In this document: piece after piece, positions 21,391 through 35,210 of the stretch | Layout: each line of letters opens with the position of its first letter | How positions within the stretch are numbered: the first letter of the stretch is position 1 | Assembly (NCBI GenBank): GCA_002269645.1 | Contig: NIVC01003251.1 | Span: forward strand, 45,098 to 109,097 | DNA length: 64,000 nt | Source of the DNA: Macrostomum lignano | Taxonomy: Eukaryota | Direction: 5' to 3' | The notes under the pieces: generated by a model | The model's database searches: none | Seen by the model: only the letters and a program-made list of their open reading frames with translations | What the model was told of the DNA's origin: nothing | Made by a program: the position numbers and the translations under genes

Positions 21391-23317
21391 TGAGACCTTC
21401 TGACGACATGTAGCTACATGTGTATTTTAGTAAGACGACATGAATATCTAGATCTAACCATCCGTTTAAATTTGATGCAATTTCATACCGTGTCTTGCGT
21501 AAATTGCTTAATTAAGGCGTATAACACTACCAACAGCAGCGAATCCGATTATGAGGCTGAAGTGCGCCGAGCTTTACCCGCTGAGGTCGGCCTGTTTCGG
21601 CTTCAGCTTGCTGCGGAGTCTGTGCCGGCTGTTCAACTTGACGGCTTTCTAAACATCTGACGACTGAGAGAGCGTGGAGCCGGAGATGTTTGCATACGAC
21701 AGCTTGAAGGTTGCTAAGAGGCCGTACGCTAATATTTTGTGTATTAGGTGCCAATCTGTCATAACTAATTGATGCAATCGAAGTCCTCTGCCGTAACTCA
21801 AGTTGATAAAGTTGACCAGCACCGCTGACCCCTGAGCTCTTAGCTCAAACACACACACACACACACACACACACAGATCACAAGTGTACAGCAACCCTGA
21901 CTTTTCTAATCGCCATAGGCATGTACAATCTCTTCGTGCCTTGGAGGTTGGCCCTCATTAGCCTAAGTGGCCAACTTTCGTGCAAAAGCCACTTATAAAT
22001 CGAACCCGGGTACTCAGACACGTTGGGGCTTAGCCACTCTGTAGCACCGCCTGCAGGATCAGTGTCGTACGCAGAGGCCGGGGGGGGGGGCAAGGGGGCC
22101 GCTCCTACTTTTCGAATTGCATTTATCCAAAACAAATGCGAGATGATGCGGTCTCTGAAGTTCGAGTTAGTCTATTATCAGCGTAATTTGTAGACTACCG
22201 CTTCTCATCTTTCAATTTACTTTGCTTTGGTTCGGCTACACTTCGAGGAGTTGATAGGAACTTCTCTCGCAGATCGGCCCTCGACATCTTGCAGCATCAA
22301 CAGTTCACTCCTTTGTTGTGTCTGCCCGATCTGAGCATCTGTAGCCTTTTCTGGTAGATAGATAGGTAGATAGTTGTCTGCTACGTGTTTGCAAAGGCTT
22401 TCTGGCGTATAGGGTCTCGCTTAAAGCTGGAACGCTCTTGGCGAGGCCATCACGCGTCTGTTTAGCATGGAGCGACGATTGCGTTAGACTGCAGCTTTCA
22501 TGTTTATTGCAATGTCAATTCCATATCATGATCCTATTTTCACAATTTCCTGATTTTACTTTCCTCCATTTTTCTTCATTTTCTAGGAGCCATTTTCGCT
22601 ATTTTCTAGGACATACCGGTAGTGGTAGTGTACTTCTTAGGGATTTATTTTTGCAAAGTTGTTTACGCCTAGAGGTCAACCTGTTAGGGCCGATTTTTTT
22701 CGATGATCTCTGCATTACTGACACTAAGTGCAGCAGCAGCACTCTGGTTCTAGCTGTCTCGGTCACTGTGGACTTCCTGGTCACCTGCAGGCTTAATACT
22801 CTGATTGGTTCGATGAGATGCGTTTTCACCTTTGATGCAAGTGCGAGTTGAATTTTGTAAGTTTTCTTTCTTTTCCACCAGGCTGACTAGGATGAGTGGC
22901 TAAATTATTTAGTGAAGAGTCGCAGTGGACCGAAGGCAATGCAATTCCTGGTCAATCGCAACTATAACTTCATTCAGAAAACGTCCATCATATTCGTATC
23001 AAACATTGGTAATCCAGTGTTTTACTAAACAGCTAGCCTATTCTGTACGCAGTGTTTGCGTACGCAAGTTCTAAAACGTCACGTTCAGCGCACACTCTTT
23101 TACAGCCAATGGGCGATTCAGTATGTGTTCTAGCTCAGTTAGCGTCTGCAATGCGTTTTCCAATTTACACTGCTTGCCAGCCAACCAAACCCAACGGGGG
23201 GCCCTGCAGTGCCTATTTAAGCTGCAGCCGTTTACTCCAAAATTGACACAGCCTAAAGCTCTTCAAAATCCAGCTGTCTCGATAGTAAAAGCATTCGCAC
23301 AGCCATAATCTCGCATA

Positions 23318-23886
23318 ATGAGCAAGGTGAAGCACGCCGGACACAAGGGCATCGAGATCTGCGTCAGCTGGCAGCCTGCCAAAGACGGTCACATCCCGCC
23401 AAACGCCATCGAGGCTGCCCCGGGCTGCTTCGTCGGCCGAGCCAAACACGAGGACTGCTGGATCCCGGCAAAGGTGGCCGAAGGCCACACCAATGCCTAC
23501 GTGCCCTACGATGGAAAAGAGCACTCCATCCCGGAGTACGAGGTGCTGGTCTGCTCAGAAATCGGATGCTACGGCAAAGGCTACAAGTGGGTGAGGAAGG
23601 ACAGCGGCGACGTACCGAAGAAGGCGCTGGTGGCTGGCCGAGAGAAGAATGACGAACCGCTGTACGTCGCTCGTGGAGAGGTAATTTCTGTAAACTTGTG
23701 TGACAATATACAGCTACTGCAGGTATACTTTACCCTGCTCACCTGATAAACAATGTTTTCCAATCTCCAGGTCGACGGCGAAATGTGCGTGGGCAAGGTG
23801 CACAAGAACCATCATTGCGCCTACTTTCCGTACGGCGGAACGAGCACAGAAGCGAAGAATACGAGGTTCTGGTGCTGGGCGAGTGA
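23318..23886 (+). CDS. DM9-repeat (DUF3421/natterin-like) protein; exons 23318-23680, 23771-23886; apparent 1-nt frameshift near 23839
   Basis: Repeated P..A...G...LYVAR, IPAKV...AYVPYDGKEH...YEVLV pattern and a phase-0 intron GTAATT/CTCCAG. The second repeat ends GG-(N)EHRSEEYEVLVLGE* only if one base is added at GGAACGAG. Confidence 0.85.
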
Positions 23887-25309
23887 ACGGATCTGCACTA
23901 AAGCAGCTATGGCAGATTTTTTCAACAGCCAAATGACAAACTGGAACTGATAATATGCACCCAATTTTTCTAAGAAAGTATGACTGGTATAAAATTGCTC
24001 TCAATGGTGAAATATTTTATCGGTTGTAACACGATTTAATCAAACGTACTAACCATACGATTATAATACTCAAGCTACTATTGTTCTGAAGGAATATAAT
24101 CGTCATTGGACGAAGATATTACTATAAAATTCACCTAAAAGCTTCTCCGTTTATGCTAATAGTGAATTAGCTCTCTGGCACTGAGGGGCTGAGAGAGTTC
24201 AGGCAAGCAAATACACAGGACGCATTGGTATGAAAAACTAAAATAGCCTGCAGGCAGAATGTACAAACACACACGTGAGCGCGCATACACGCAGCGACAG
24301 CTGCAAAGCAAAGGTTTCCTGCGCATCAGTGTCCACAAATTGCATTGAATTCTTTTGGCTTCGCAAATACGTAGCTAACAGGCAGCAGTGAGTGCCAATA
24401 CGACAATGCTACGTTATGGACTTGGCTGCATGGCTATGTAGGAATTCCGCTGCAATAATTTCCTTTTGGAGACTAATCTGCTGCGCATTATTGAAAGAGA
24501 ATAAAGGTATAAGAGAAGTCAAAGCTTAAGTTACAGAAGGGAGCAGAAGCAGTGCCTTCATTGAGTAGAATATCCGATATAGTCGATATTGTCGCCATAA
24601 TTAATCAATACTCGCTGGAATATTGGAATGCGCCGAATTAAATGTCGGTAACTTTTTCGCTATAGCTGAGACAGTCCAGTGCAAAACTGGTTTGAACCAA
24701 ATTAAGAAACCGGCACTCTAGCTACTCAAAAGAACCTCTAAGCAAGTAACCTAGCGAGCTCTGTGTAAACTGTGTACTCTTTGCCGAATAAAATGAAGCA
24801 CTCAGCCTCTATACAACAAAGCTTGTAAGCAAAGCTCAACTTTCAATTGAGTAATTCACTAAAACCGCACAATGTAGTGCAGTGTAAACAGTGCCATGCA
24901 GGAATGTCAGCATCTATTTGCTCGGGGCGTGTGTACACTAATTGGCTTTGCAATATGAAGACGATATTGTTGAGAAAACGTACGTGGTTTGAATAAACGG
25001 CTTTTTTTGCACCGGATTTAGAGTGAATTAGCATAAGCTCTTCACAACTGAATCCTCAGAAACAATTGTAGAGGCGAGATAATTCAACGAAAATCTTTTT
25101 TCGATATGAACTACTAATAAGTAGCAAGGATAGCATCAGTTCACAAACTGAAAAATATCCTTGTAGTAGTTCAAACCCAATTGATGATTTTTTGCGGAGC
25201 GTTTGCATTTCTCTAAAATTTCATATCTACGAAAGCAAAATTTCATATTTCGACACTTCATATCAAAAAGCTGAACCGTAAACCTATAATCCCTAACGGA
25301 GATATGAGC

Positions 25310-25470
25310 TGTCGGAGATATGAAGTGTCGGAGATATGAAGTGTCAGGGATATGAAGTGTCGGTGATATGAAGGTCGGTGATATGAAGTCGGTGATATGA
25401 AGTGTCGGTGATATGAAGGTCGGTGATATGAAGTCGGTGATACGCTCGTAGTTGAAGTATGAAGTGTCGG
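25310..25470. repeat. Tandem repeat, 14-16-bp unit GTCGGTGATATGAA(GT)
   Basis: Directly visible array. Confidence 0.9.
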
Positions 25471-25575
25471 AGTTGTGAAAGAGACTGGCTGCTTTTAGGA
25501 GACATGAAACCCTAGTTTTGAGCGTTCGTTTTGGCGGCTCTTACATCTTAGTGTTTAGTTATATAGATTTGGTTC

Positions 25576-25835
25576 TTACACTAGCTCGGCGGGGGAAGGA
25601 CACAGGGGACAGCCGGGGGCGTTAGACCATCTCTCCTGTGCTTTGAAGCCACCCACTGGTTGATCCGTGTGGTGACAACGGCGGTGGGGTGGGGAACACG
25701 GGCAGGGGACCACCAGTAAAAGAACCGATCGAGCCAGCCTTGGCCAAGCGATCGGCCAGCTCGTTGCCGGGGGTGGCCCGAGTGCCCGGGAATCCACCTT
25801 AGGGACACCTTGTTGGAGGCGCCTAAGCGGCTAAG
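25576..25835 (-). mobile_element. LINE pol fragment, RNase H C-terminal part
   Basis: KVSLRWIPGHSGH-GNELADRLAKAG across a 1-nt frameshift, then TRINQWVASKH. Confidence 0.85.
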
Positions 25836-26376
25836 TCAAGGACTGTACGCGAGCAGGTGGTGGTGCAGTCAGGGGCGTGGACAGACACATGCTCACACGT
25901 GGTTTACAGTGGCCATGTCGTTCTCATCACGTCAGGCATGTTACCCTCTACTCTCTATACCTTGAGGGTTGGCATACAATTTTTGCTTTGTAATCTCTAG
26001 CGATTCAAATATAAACTCCAACACTACTTGTACATCACCAGTTTCTTCTTTAGTAGATTAACGTTTTTTGCTTTAATTACGTTTTTAGCAGCTTCTTCTT
26101 GACCGAAGATGTCGATGACGAAACCCCATTCAGTGCTCTGCGTTCTCCAGAGCATAGCATGCCAGCGATTACAACAAACAGAAAGCTCATTTTTAAGAAA
26201 TCGACTACAGCGTCATTCTGCGTCAATTGTCCATGGTAAAAAATCGTATATGTCTACCTTAATTTCAGTTGTCAATATTTTTCTCGGCACAAAATCTATA
26301 CCAGTATAGTCATGCGATCCTACTTTAAGCAGTGTATAGAGAATAATAGTTACTTTTTTTATTACACCTGCTCTAA

Positions 26377-26628
26377 TGGGCAGATGTGCAACCAACAGCT
26401 CAGCCGCAGCTATTGCGCGGCGCATCTGAAGGCTGCGTACGGCTGTTTAGTCCAAGGACTGGGGGGTCGCCACACACAGCCTTAATTACCCCAGCTAATG
26501 ATGGCACCCATTTTACAGCTGGGTGAACGAAAGCAATAATGCAGAATTAAGTGTCTTGCTCAAGGACACAGATTGTTCCTTTTTAGTCGTGAGTCAGACG
26601 CCCTAAACACACTAGGCTACAACCCCTT
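26377..26628 (-). mobile_element. tRNA-derived CORE-like SINE, decayed copy
   Basis: Reverse complement of 62951-63240, including TGTGTCCTTGAGCAAGACACTTAA and CCCAGCTGTAAAATGGG. Confidence 0.8.
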
Positions 26629-26683
26629 AATAGGCAATGAAATAATAGAAGTCCATCACTTTAGTGACCATAATATTGTCAAA

Positions 26684-27703
26684 TCACTTTTTTGCGTCAT
26701 TGTACACAACTCCAGCGTACTTGGCAGCCTCTGATGGCAGCTGCAGCTCGATCTTAGACCGCCACTGCTCCGCCAGCTGCTTGATGTCGGCGCCGGTTCC
26801 TCCATACTCGGCAGGTAAAATCCTGGCCGGGATCTCCGACTGCAGCGACTCTTTCGAGCTCTTGTGAACTCGGACCAGCTCCTTGACCGACTTGCTCATG
26901 AACATCTTGAGCAGTTCGTACAGTGCGTTGAACACAGTGGATGTGTTGAAATAGTTGACATGTTTCAGCTTCACTGGATAAGCTTCTTGAATGGCTGACA
27001 GCTTCTTGGTTGAGTCGAGGCTCCAGTGGGTCAGATGACGCATCTCGAAGCCCTTAATTATGATTCGTAATAAATGATTTTAATTGCTATGTTAGATAAC
27101 GTTACGAATTGAACGTGGTTACATTTGTCCTGTATTGTTGCAATATTCCTTTTTTGTAGTGGCAGTTGCTTAAATGTGCCTGTCGAGCACAGCTGTCACA
27201 TTCACATACGAAGTCTCAGTTCTGAGGCACCGCATCCAGCCTCATCAGCTCAAGCTGCTCACCTGGAAGTCCACCATGGTGACGAGTCCGGCAGTCCTGG
27301 TTGCCGGATCAGCGCACAGCACATCGTAGCACATGTTCATGTAGCGGGACATGTCCTCAAAGCTGACCCTGTCGGGCTGCCACAGTCCGCTGCGGAACAG
27401 CACCACGGCTGCTCCGTTGTCATCGTAGCCCAGCTGCACCACGTAGCCGACAGACAGGAGCTCCTGGACCGGCTCGGAGCTCACATCCGGGTACTCGAAC
27501 CAGTCAGCGGCGCCCTTGGTCTTGGACGCTCGAACTCGACAGAAGTCCGCGAGGCGGCGTCTGGCTGCTTCGACTCTGCTGTCGTCCGCGGTGGCCACCT
27601 CCAGGAACTTGGCGAGCACCTCGTCAGGCAGGCTGAGGCCCTTCAGCGTGTCCTGGGACTCCGCCCAGCAGCGTAGGTCGGCGATCTCTGCTTCTGAGGC
27701 CAT
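26684..27703 (-). CDS. CRAL-TRIO (alpha-tocopherol transfer/clavesin-like) lipid-binding protein, copy A; exons 27703-27263, 27052-26684 (269 aa)
   Basis: DEVLAKFL, G..VVLFR, GLVTMVDF.G, QEAYPVKLK.V, LPAEYGGT motifs. Phase-0 GTGAGC/AAG intron. Confidence 0.9.
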
Positions 27704-28249
27704 GTGCTCTGGCTGTTGCCTGTTTAGACTTCCCGATTCTGTGTAGCTTGCAGTTTGCGATGCAAAGCTCGATTAGTGCGCAGTTTCCCGATGGCATGCA
27801 GGGCCAAGTCTAAAGTATATATAACTCTTCAAGCATATGGTTTCTCTGCAGCCATTGGCTAACCAATGTTGAAAAACATTATTAGCTAGCCATAAAGAAA
27901 ATTGCGCCACAAGGAAAGCAACGCAGGCTAGCAGGCGGTCGGGGTTTCCCTTGCTACGACCTCCGTCAAGTCGATCCTCCATCAAAACTGTCTGCCTCGA
28001 TGCGGGAGGCTGATCGTGACGGATAGAAAACAGATGACGCAGGGATTCTGAGAGAGCTTGGAAATGCAAAATGCAGATCTGTTTGGACACAGTACTCTGC
28101 AGTTTGTAAATTCTTGTTTATAGTGGCAGACTTTCGATTTGGGATAGGAAAAGAGCCGAAAGTACGCCGGAATGACTTAGAGCCGAGTTTTGGCGCGGAG
28201 TCATTCACAGTGAAATGCTTTAAATGTACTTCTCTACATTAAAGCATGA

Positions 28250-28500
28250 AACTCTGACATAACAATAACACTCTCTGACAACTGAAATGACACCTCTGAC
28301 ACAACAAGTAGACTCCTGACAACTGAAATGACACCTCTGACACAACAACTACACTCCCTGACAACTTAAATGACACCTCTGACACAACAAGTAGACTCCC
28401 TGACAACTTTAATGACACCTCTGACACAACAAGTAGACTCCCTGACAACTTAAATGACACCTCTGACACAAAAAGTACACTCCTGACAACTTAAATGGCA
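28250..28500. repeat. Minisatellite, unit of about 40 bp (CTCTGACACAACAAGTAGACTCCCTGACAACTTAAATGACAC)
   Basis: Directly visible array. Confidence 0.9.
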
Positions 28501-29064
28501 TCCCTGACGCATAAATATACGTCTGACAAACAGCATTGAAGCTCTGACACATTCTAAGAAAAAGAATCAGTTGAAATATTAAACACTTGAATCGTTACAA
28601 TTGGCTTCACAAGTTGTGTTTCACAGTCCCCCAGAGTATACAAAGCACTCTAGATTCGTCTCTCAAATAGTATAAATTTCGCGGACCATGCGCTGGAAGT
28701 CAGAGACCCTGATCAGCAGAACTGCCCGCTTCCATATAATACCCCCTCCCCTGTCCATTAATGGTTCCATAAACCAGTGGGCTACATAGCAAAAACTTTC
28801 ACCGCACCCCCCAACAAGATAGAGGAGGTTGGCGAAGCCTTTGCTAGAAATTCTTTCGGCACTTTCGTCTAATTAGGGCTGGCTGCACACCGGGTGAACC
28901 CCAATGATTGGTGAGGTGCAACGGCGTCAGTCTGTTTTGGTTCATTTATATTTTGCTTCTGTTGTTCATTAGTGGCGCATAAAAAATTGATGCCAAATTG
29001 GCAAGAGATTCATTTGGGCGACAGTGAGATAGAGAAACTGGTGAAATATTGAGATACAGAGATG

Positions 29065-29600
29065 AGTGAGAATGAGATTGTGAGATTGAGAGAGGGGTGA
29101 GATTCAGGGAGGTAAGATTGAGAGAGGTGAGATTGAGAGAGGGGTGAGATTGAGAGAGGGGTGAGATTGAGAGAGAGGTGAGATTGAGAGAGGGGTGAGA
29201 CTGAAACAGGGGTGAGATTGAGAGAGAGATAAGACTGCGAGAAGTGAGATTGAGAGAGGGGTGAGATTGAAAGAGAGATAAGACTGAGAGGTGAGATTGA
29301 GAGAGGGGTTAGATTGAGAGAGGGGTGAGATTGAAAAGAGAGATGAGACTGAGAGGTGAGATTGAGAGAGGGGTTAGATTGAAAGAGAGATGAGACTGAG
29401 AGGTGAGATTAAGAGAGGGGTGAGATTGAAAGAGAAATAAGACTGAGAGGTGAGATTGAGAGAGGGGTGAGATTGAAAGAGAAATAAGACTGAGAGGTGA
29501 GATTGAGAGAGGGGTGAGATTGAAAGAGAGATGAGACTGAAAGAAGGGTGAGATTGAGAGAGGAGTGAGATTGAGAAAAAGGCGAGATTGGTGAATGTGA
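29065..29600. repeat. Purine-rich tandem repeat (GAGAGAGGGGTGAGATT variants)
   Basis: Directly visible array. Confidence 0.9.
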
Positions 29601-30559
29601 TTCAGGTGAGAAGGAGATTCAGGAAAATGAGATTGCAACGAATAGGTCAACAATATGAAAATGTTTCCAATGCAATTTGCAAGTTCGGAGTCAAAGTCCC
29701 AATTATTTCAGGCAACAATGATTCACGCAGTGGAAAATGCATTTCTCTTACTATTAGTAGAGCAAATTAGATTTGAAAAAAAACAATATTATTATAACAA
29801 GTTAGAGAGCCATTTGCAATGCTTTTAAATATTCTAATCGATACTATCATTACCTACGCATTAACTATTAATGCTCGAGAAAAGCTTTCAGAGATGCAGA
29901 TTGAATCTGAGTAGACTCAAGAACTGATTTTATGGACACCGGAGACATAAAAAATACATTTATTCCGTTTTTGCAGTTAAATAATTTATATCATGGTATA
30001 AAACCCGGTTTTATGACTGGAAATATCCATATCTTCTGAGTCGACTTTGCTTGCTGTCTTGATCTTAATTAGGTCATTAGTCGAATGCATTAGGGAATTA
30101 GATAAAAGTACAAGTATTCTACCCCATACACATATATAACGCTGTCTGCAAAGCAATATTTTCAGCTCGGGGCCAGGACAAGACGTTCTCAAATCGAACC
30201 AGCTGAGACTAAATCCGGCTCTCTCGGGAAATATAACAAATTAAATTTTTCGAGCAGTTCTATTCGTTGAAAAAGTATCGATATCCTTTGCCGCTTCAAA
30301 GTGTTGCAGTAAAACAAATTTGTTGGAAATTCAAATTGTAAAAATTTTAGTGCAACGTATTTGGCCTGATTAAAATTGGAGTTAATACGACTTTGTTTGG
30401 AAAATTTAAACAAATTTGGAAAGACAGAAGCTAATGTACTAATGTAAATCATTTTTAGGACGCAAAATTGATATTGGATAAGAGTTTTATTGATTGATGA
30501 TTGATGTCCGTCAGACGACAACTCTTTAAATGTCTCACACGACAGATCTATTGATGAGT

Positions 30560-31070
30560 CACATGACGGTTCCATTAGCTGTATGTGACATATTATGTGT
30601 ATCACGTATACTACGTGATGGTTCTAGATACGTTACATGCATATTTATAGATATGTCACGTCAGTTTCTTAGATGCATCACATGTCAGTTTTATAGATAT
30701 GTCACATGTCAGTTTTTAGATATGGCACATGTCAGTTTCATAGATGCATCACAAGTCAGTTTCATAGATGTCTCACATGTCAGCTTCATGCATGTCACAT
30801 GTCAGTTTTATAGATGTGTCACATGTCAGTTTCAAAGATGCATCACGTCAGTTTTAAATATATGTCACATGTCATTTTCATACATACGTAACATGTCAGT
30901 TTCATAGATGTGCCACATGTCATTTTCATAGATGTGCCACATGTCAGTTTCATAGATGTGTCACATGTCAGTTTCATAGATGTGTCACATGTCAGTTTCA
31001 TAGATACATGTATGTCACATGTCAGTTGCATTGCATAGATGTGTCACATATCCCTTTCATAGATATGTCA
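30560..31070. repeat. Minisatellite, unit of about 23 bp (GTCACATGTCAGTTTCATAGAT)
   Basis: Directly visible array. Confidence 0.9.
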
Positions 31071-32159
31071 TTTGCCAAGCGCGATGCAATTTAAGCGTGG
31101 GCGGTAAAGTTCTAAAGTTCATTCAGAAACGCTAGCAAATGGTGCCCTCCGATCAACTTTCACGAGTCAGATGCATAACGATTAAACTTTTTACTCTGCA
31201 GTAAATTGGATAAATTGTCCCCCGAATCGAAACCGGATGCACAGAAATTTGTTCCAACTCTTAATTGACCTTCCACAGAACAGCTTGATTACTTGATAGT
31301 TCGATATTTTAATGATCGATTGAGCTTATGCGAGGCGCATTATAACAGCTTAACAAGTAATGTGGCGCCAAAGGATTATTAAAAAAACTAGTGACCTCAT
31401 TTCGTACGGAAAGTACCCCGCGACAACGCCTTCTCGGGGTCTGACTTGGCCCACACTTTCGAGTCGTTAGATATGTACATTGTGAGCCAAAAGAACGGAA
31501 TAGAACCATGAGTCGTGGCGCAAAAATAAGACGCGCTAAACACTGAGCTGCTCCAGCAGCCCCTTCTAATATCTGCTGGTACCTTTGACATCTTCATTCC
31601 ATATTCTATGCTCGCCAAAAAGGGCTTCCTTCACGACTGTAAGTCTACCAGAGCTGCAACAAACAATTCGATCCCAGATGTTTGTTGTCGGATCTCGAAA
31701 TCTGAGTAACTCGTATTTCAAATTTTTTAGCAGATGTGACACTTCAAATGCGTCAAGGACAGACGGAGAAGCATAACTGAAGCAGCTCAGCCGGTTTGCA
31801 TCCGGGAGAAGAAATGGGAAGCCTGCCATACCGGCTCTGCAGAATCAGTTTTCCCAAAAAATGGATTCCCCTCGCAGTGACGCTCTCAATCAGAATTGCC
31901 AATCTACCAGCGCAGGAATGAGTGGGAAGGCAATTCCAGGAAATCCGCAATAATGGTCGCCATTTATGAAAGGAATGGGAAAGTCCAAGGCTACTCATAC
32001 AGCTCAACCAATGAGAACGCAGAGACGCCTCTTGGAGAGTTGGAATGCCATTTCTTCCCAAATATATGCAGAAGCAGTGCTCCCGGTTTCGTTGGCATTC
32101 CAGTCTACGCAGTGACAACTTCAAATTCATCAAGTCTAAACAGGCAACAGCCAGAGCAC

Positions 32160-33347
32160 ATGGCCTCAGAAGCAGAGATCGCCGACCTGCGCTGCTGGGC
32201 GGAGTCCCAGGAGACGCTGAAGGGCCTCAGCCTGCCTGACGAGGTGCTCGCCAAGTTCCTGGAGGTGGCCACCGCGGACGACAGCAGAGTCGAAGCGGCC
32301 AGACGCCGCCTCGCGGACTTCTGTCGAGTTCGAGCATCCAAGACCAAGGGCGCCGCTGACTGGTTCGAGTACCCGGATGTGAGCTCCGAGCCGATCCAGG
32401 AGCTCCTGTCTGTCGGCTACGTGGTGCAGCTGGGCTACGATGACAACGGAGCAGCCGTGGTGCTGTTCCGCAGCGGACTGTGGCAGCCCGACAGGGTCAG
32501 CTTTGAGGACATGTCCCGCTACATGAACATGTGCTACGATGTGCTGTGCGCTGATCCGGCAACCAGGACTGCCGGACTCGTCACCATGGTGGACTTCCAG
32601 GTGAGCAGCTTGAGCTGATGAGGCTGGATGCGGTGCCTCAGAACTGAGACTCGCGTGTGTGAAGGTGGCAGCTGTGCTCAAGTGTGACGGCTGTGCTCAA
32701 GTGTGACAGCTGTGCTCAAGTGTGACAGCTGTGCTCAAGTGTGACGGCTGTGCTCAAGTGTGACGGCTGTGCTCAAGTCTGAAAGTTGTGTTCAAATGTG
32801 ACAGCTGTGCTCAAGTGTGACGGCTGTGCTCAAGTGTGTCATATGTACTCGACTGTGACAGCTTTGCCTTGAATGACGTTTTACCTAGACATAAGGACAC
32901 CTTAAAAAATGCTTCAAAGTTGAGCTGCATGCATATGATACAGATCGATCGTTCTTCTCTTACACCGCGCAGGGTTTTGAGATGCGACATTTAAGCTACT
33001 GGAGCAGGGACGCGACCAAGAAGCTGTCGGCTATTCAGGACGCCTATCCAGTGAAGCTGAAACATGTCAACTATTTCAACACATCCACTGTGTTCAACGC
33101 ACTGTACGAACTGCTCAAGATGTTCATGAGCAAGTCGGTCAAGGAGCTGGTCCGAGTTCACAAGAGCTCGAAAGAGTCGCTGCAGTCGGAGATCCCGGCC
33201 AGGATTTTACCTGCCGAGTATGGAGGAACCGGCGCCGACATCAAGCAGCTGGCGGAGCAGTGGCGGTCCAAGATCGAGCTGCAGCTGCCCTCGGAGGCTG
33301 CCAAGTACGCTGGAGTTGTGTACAACGACACAGCAGATGCCGAATAA
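32160..33347 (+). CDS. CRAL-TRIO lipid-binding protein, copy B; exons 32160-32600, 32973-33347 (271 aa)
   Basis: Inverted paralog of 26684-27703 with the same intron position (GTGAGC 32601, CAG 32972). Confidence 0.9.
32655..32840. repeat. Intronic 20-bp tandem repeat (CTGTGCTCAAGTGTGACRG)
   Basis: Directly visible; absent from the paralogous intron. Confidence 0.9.
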
Positions 33348-34809
33348 GAAGAGATGCAATCAACAGTGAAGACAATAAAGATCAGAGCAAATTCACTATT
33401 ATAATATATCTTATATGCTTCTATCTAAGCTTGAAAACTGACACCCTTAGCAAAGTATTAAAATCAAACTTTAATAAAATTACAGGATATTCTAACTGTC
33501 ACTAAAAAGTTTTAACAATATAGAATGTTATAACTAGCTTAATACTGCTAATTGCTAAGCTTAATAACTAAAACTAATTTTACTGAAATAAATAAGAAAC
33601 CCTAACGAGTATTCACTCGAACATTTTATCAACCAAAGAGCTTCCAGGCAAAAAATAAGTACCATGTATGTATTTACTGCTATCAAATTTCCTTCGTTAA
33701 CTTGGTCACACCAAAATTTAACAATACGATTAAAAATTAATAAACACAAGCTAAAAGAAGCGCAAAAATAATGATTTATTAATTGCGCCAACAGCTCTGC
33801 AACATAGTGCGAATTTAAACAAACAGATGGATGGATGCAATAATGCAATTATAGCAACAACAAAAAAACCAATAAAAGTCTTAACTTTAACAAAACTTTT
33901 TAGCTTCCTTCTGTCGCAACAATTAGATGCTACTAACATACTACTTATAGTAGCACGAATACATGGCAAAATGTTTTTTGCGATTTTAATTTTACGCGTA
34001 GTTTATTTAACGACGCTTCCAAATATTTCTACTAGAAGTAGCGCACCAAACGCATTATCCTGTTTTTCTATTACAAGCTGCCAAATTTGGCAAACCAGTC
34101 CATATGAATTAATTGCTAGGAGCAATTTTATTAAACAAAGCACTTCTATAAGTTCGTGTAAAGCCACAACAACAAGGCAACTTGGGTAACTCGGTAATTC
34201 CGAGTCTTTTAGTACAAAATAAATTTATGATTATTAATTAATATTCACTAATCCAAATATGCCAGGCACTGTGAAACTGACACATGACAAAAAACATTCG
34301 AACATGAGAAGAAAAAATCTGCTTCACTTGTGCATACTAAATTGTACACTTAGTATTTTTGTTATAATAATTATTTAATATCCTAAGTAACTGACATTGA
34401 AAAGCCAATACAATGTCTAACAGTAAGTATATGCAATATTTTATTTTAATAATCTATTAACTACTAAATTAGCCACCCTAAAAGTATAGAAGAAATGACC
34501 AATGAATTAAGCATAATAAAGGTATTACACAGTAATACAATAGGTGAGGAATAGAAAAGAGATATAAAAAGCGATAGACAGAGAGAGATAGAAATAATGT
34601 AAAATGTTAATATAGAAATAGAATGAAGAAAATTAGGAAGATAAGAGACGATCGATGGACAAATAAAGAAAGAAAAAGGATATAGAATAGATGTCCTATA
34701 GGGATAACGCATAAAAAACATAGAAACAGACGATTAAGACACTACTAATAGTAGCTAGGAGATATCAGAAGAGACGTACACACACAAAATGCCAATTAGT
34801 TTTTTTAAT

Positions 34810-34905
34810 CTAAAAGAGAGACAGACAGCACTAAAAGAGAGACAGACAGACAGACAGACAGACAGCACTAAAAGACAGACAGACAGACAGACAGACAGCA
34901 CTAAA

Positions 34906-34966
<61 letters not shown>

Positions 34967-35015
34967 GCACTAAAAGAGAGACAGACAGAAAGACAGACAG
35001 ACGACAGACAGACAC

Positions 35016-35054
<39 letters not shown>

Positions 35055-35095
35055 CACACACAGACAGACAGACAGACAGACAGACAGACCGACAG
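34810..35095. repeat. Compound (GACA)n microsatellite with GCACTAAAA interruptions
   Basis: Directly visible. Confidence 0.95.
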
Positions 35096-35210
35096 TGTAA
35101 AAGTCAGAAAAGACGCCTCACACAGTATAATGAATGTATAATTAGACATTATAAAATTCAGAATAATTTTGCTAGCATCGTGTTGAGCAGACAATCAGGG
35201 CTGGAAAATG

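Noticed and set aside
25826-25843. CTAAGTCAAG resembling the LINE tail
   Set aside because: It lies on the opposite strand within RNase H coding sequence; coincidental.
32613-32645. Hammerhead-like CTGATGA-GGC...GCC
   Set aside because: No GAAA core after the stem and no stems I or III; it is the start of the CRAL-TRIO intron.
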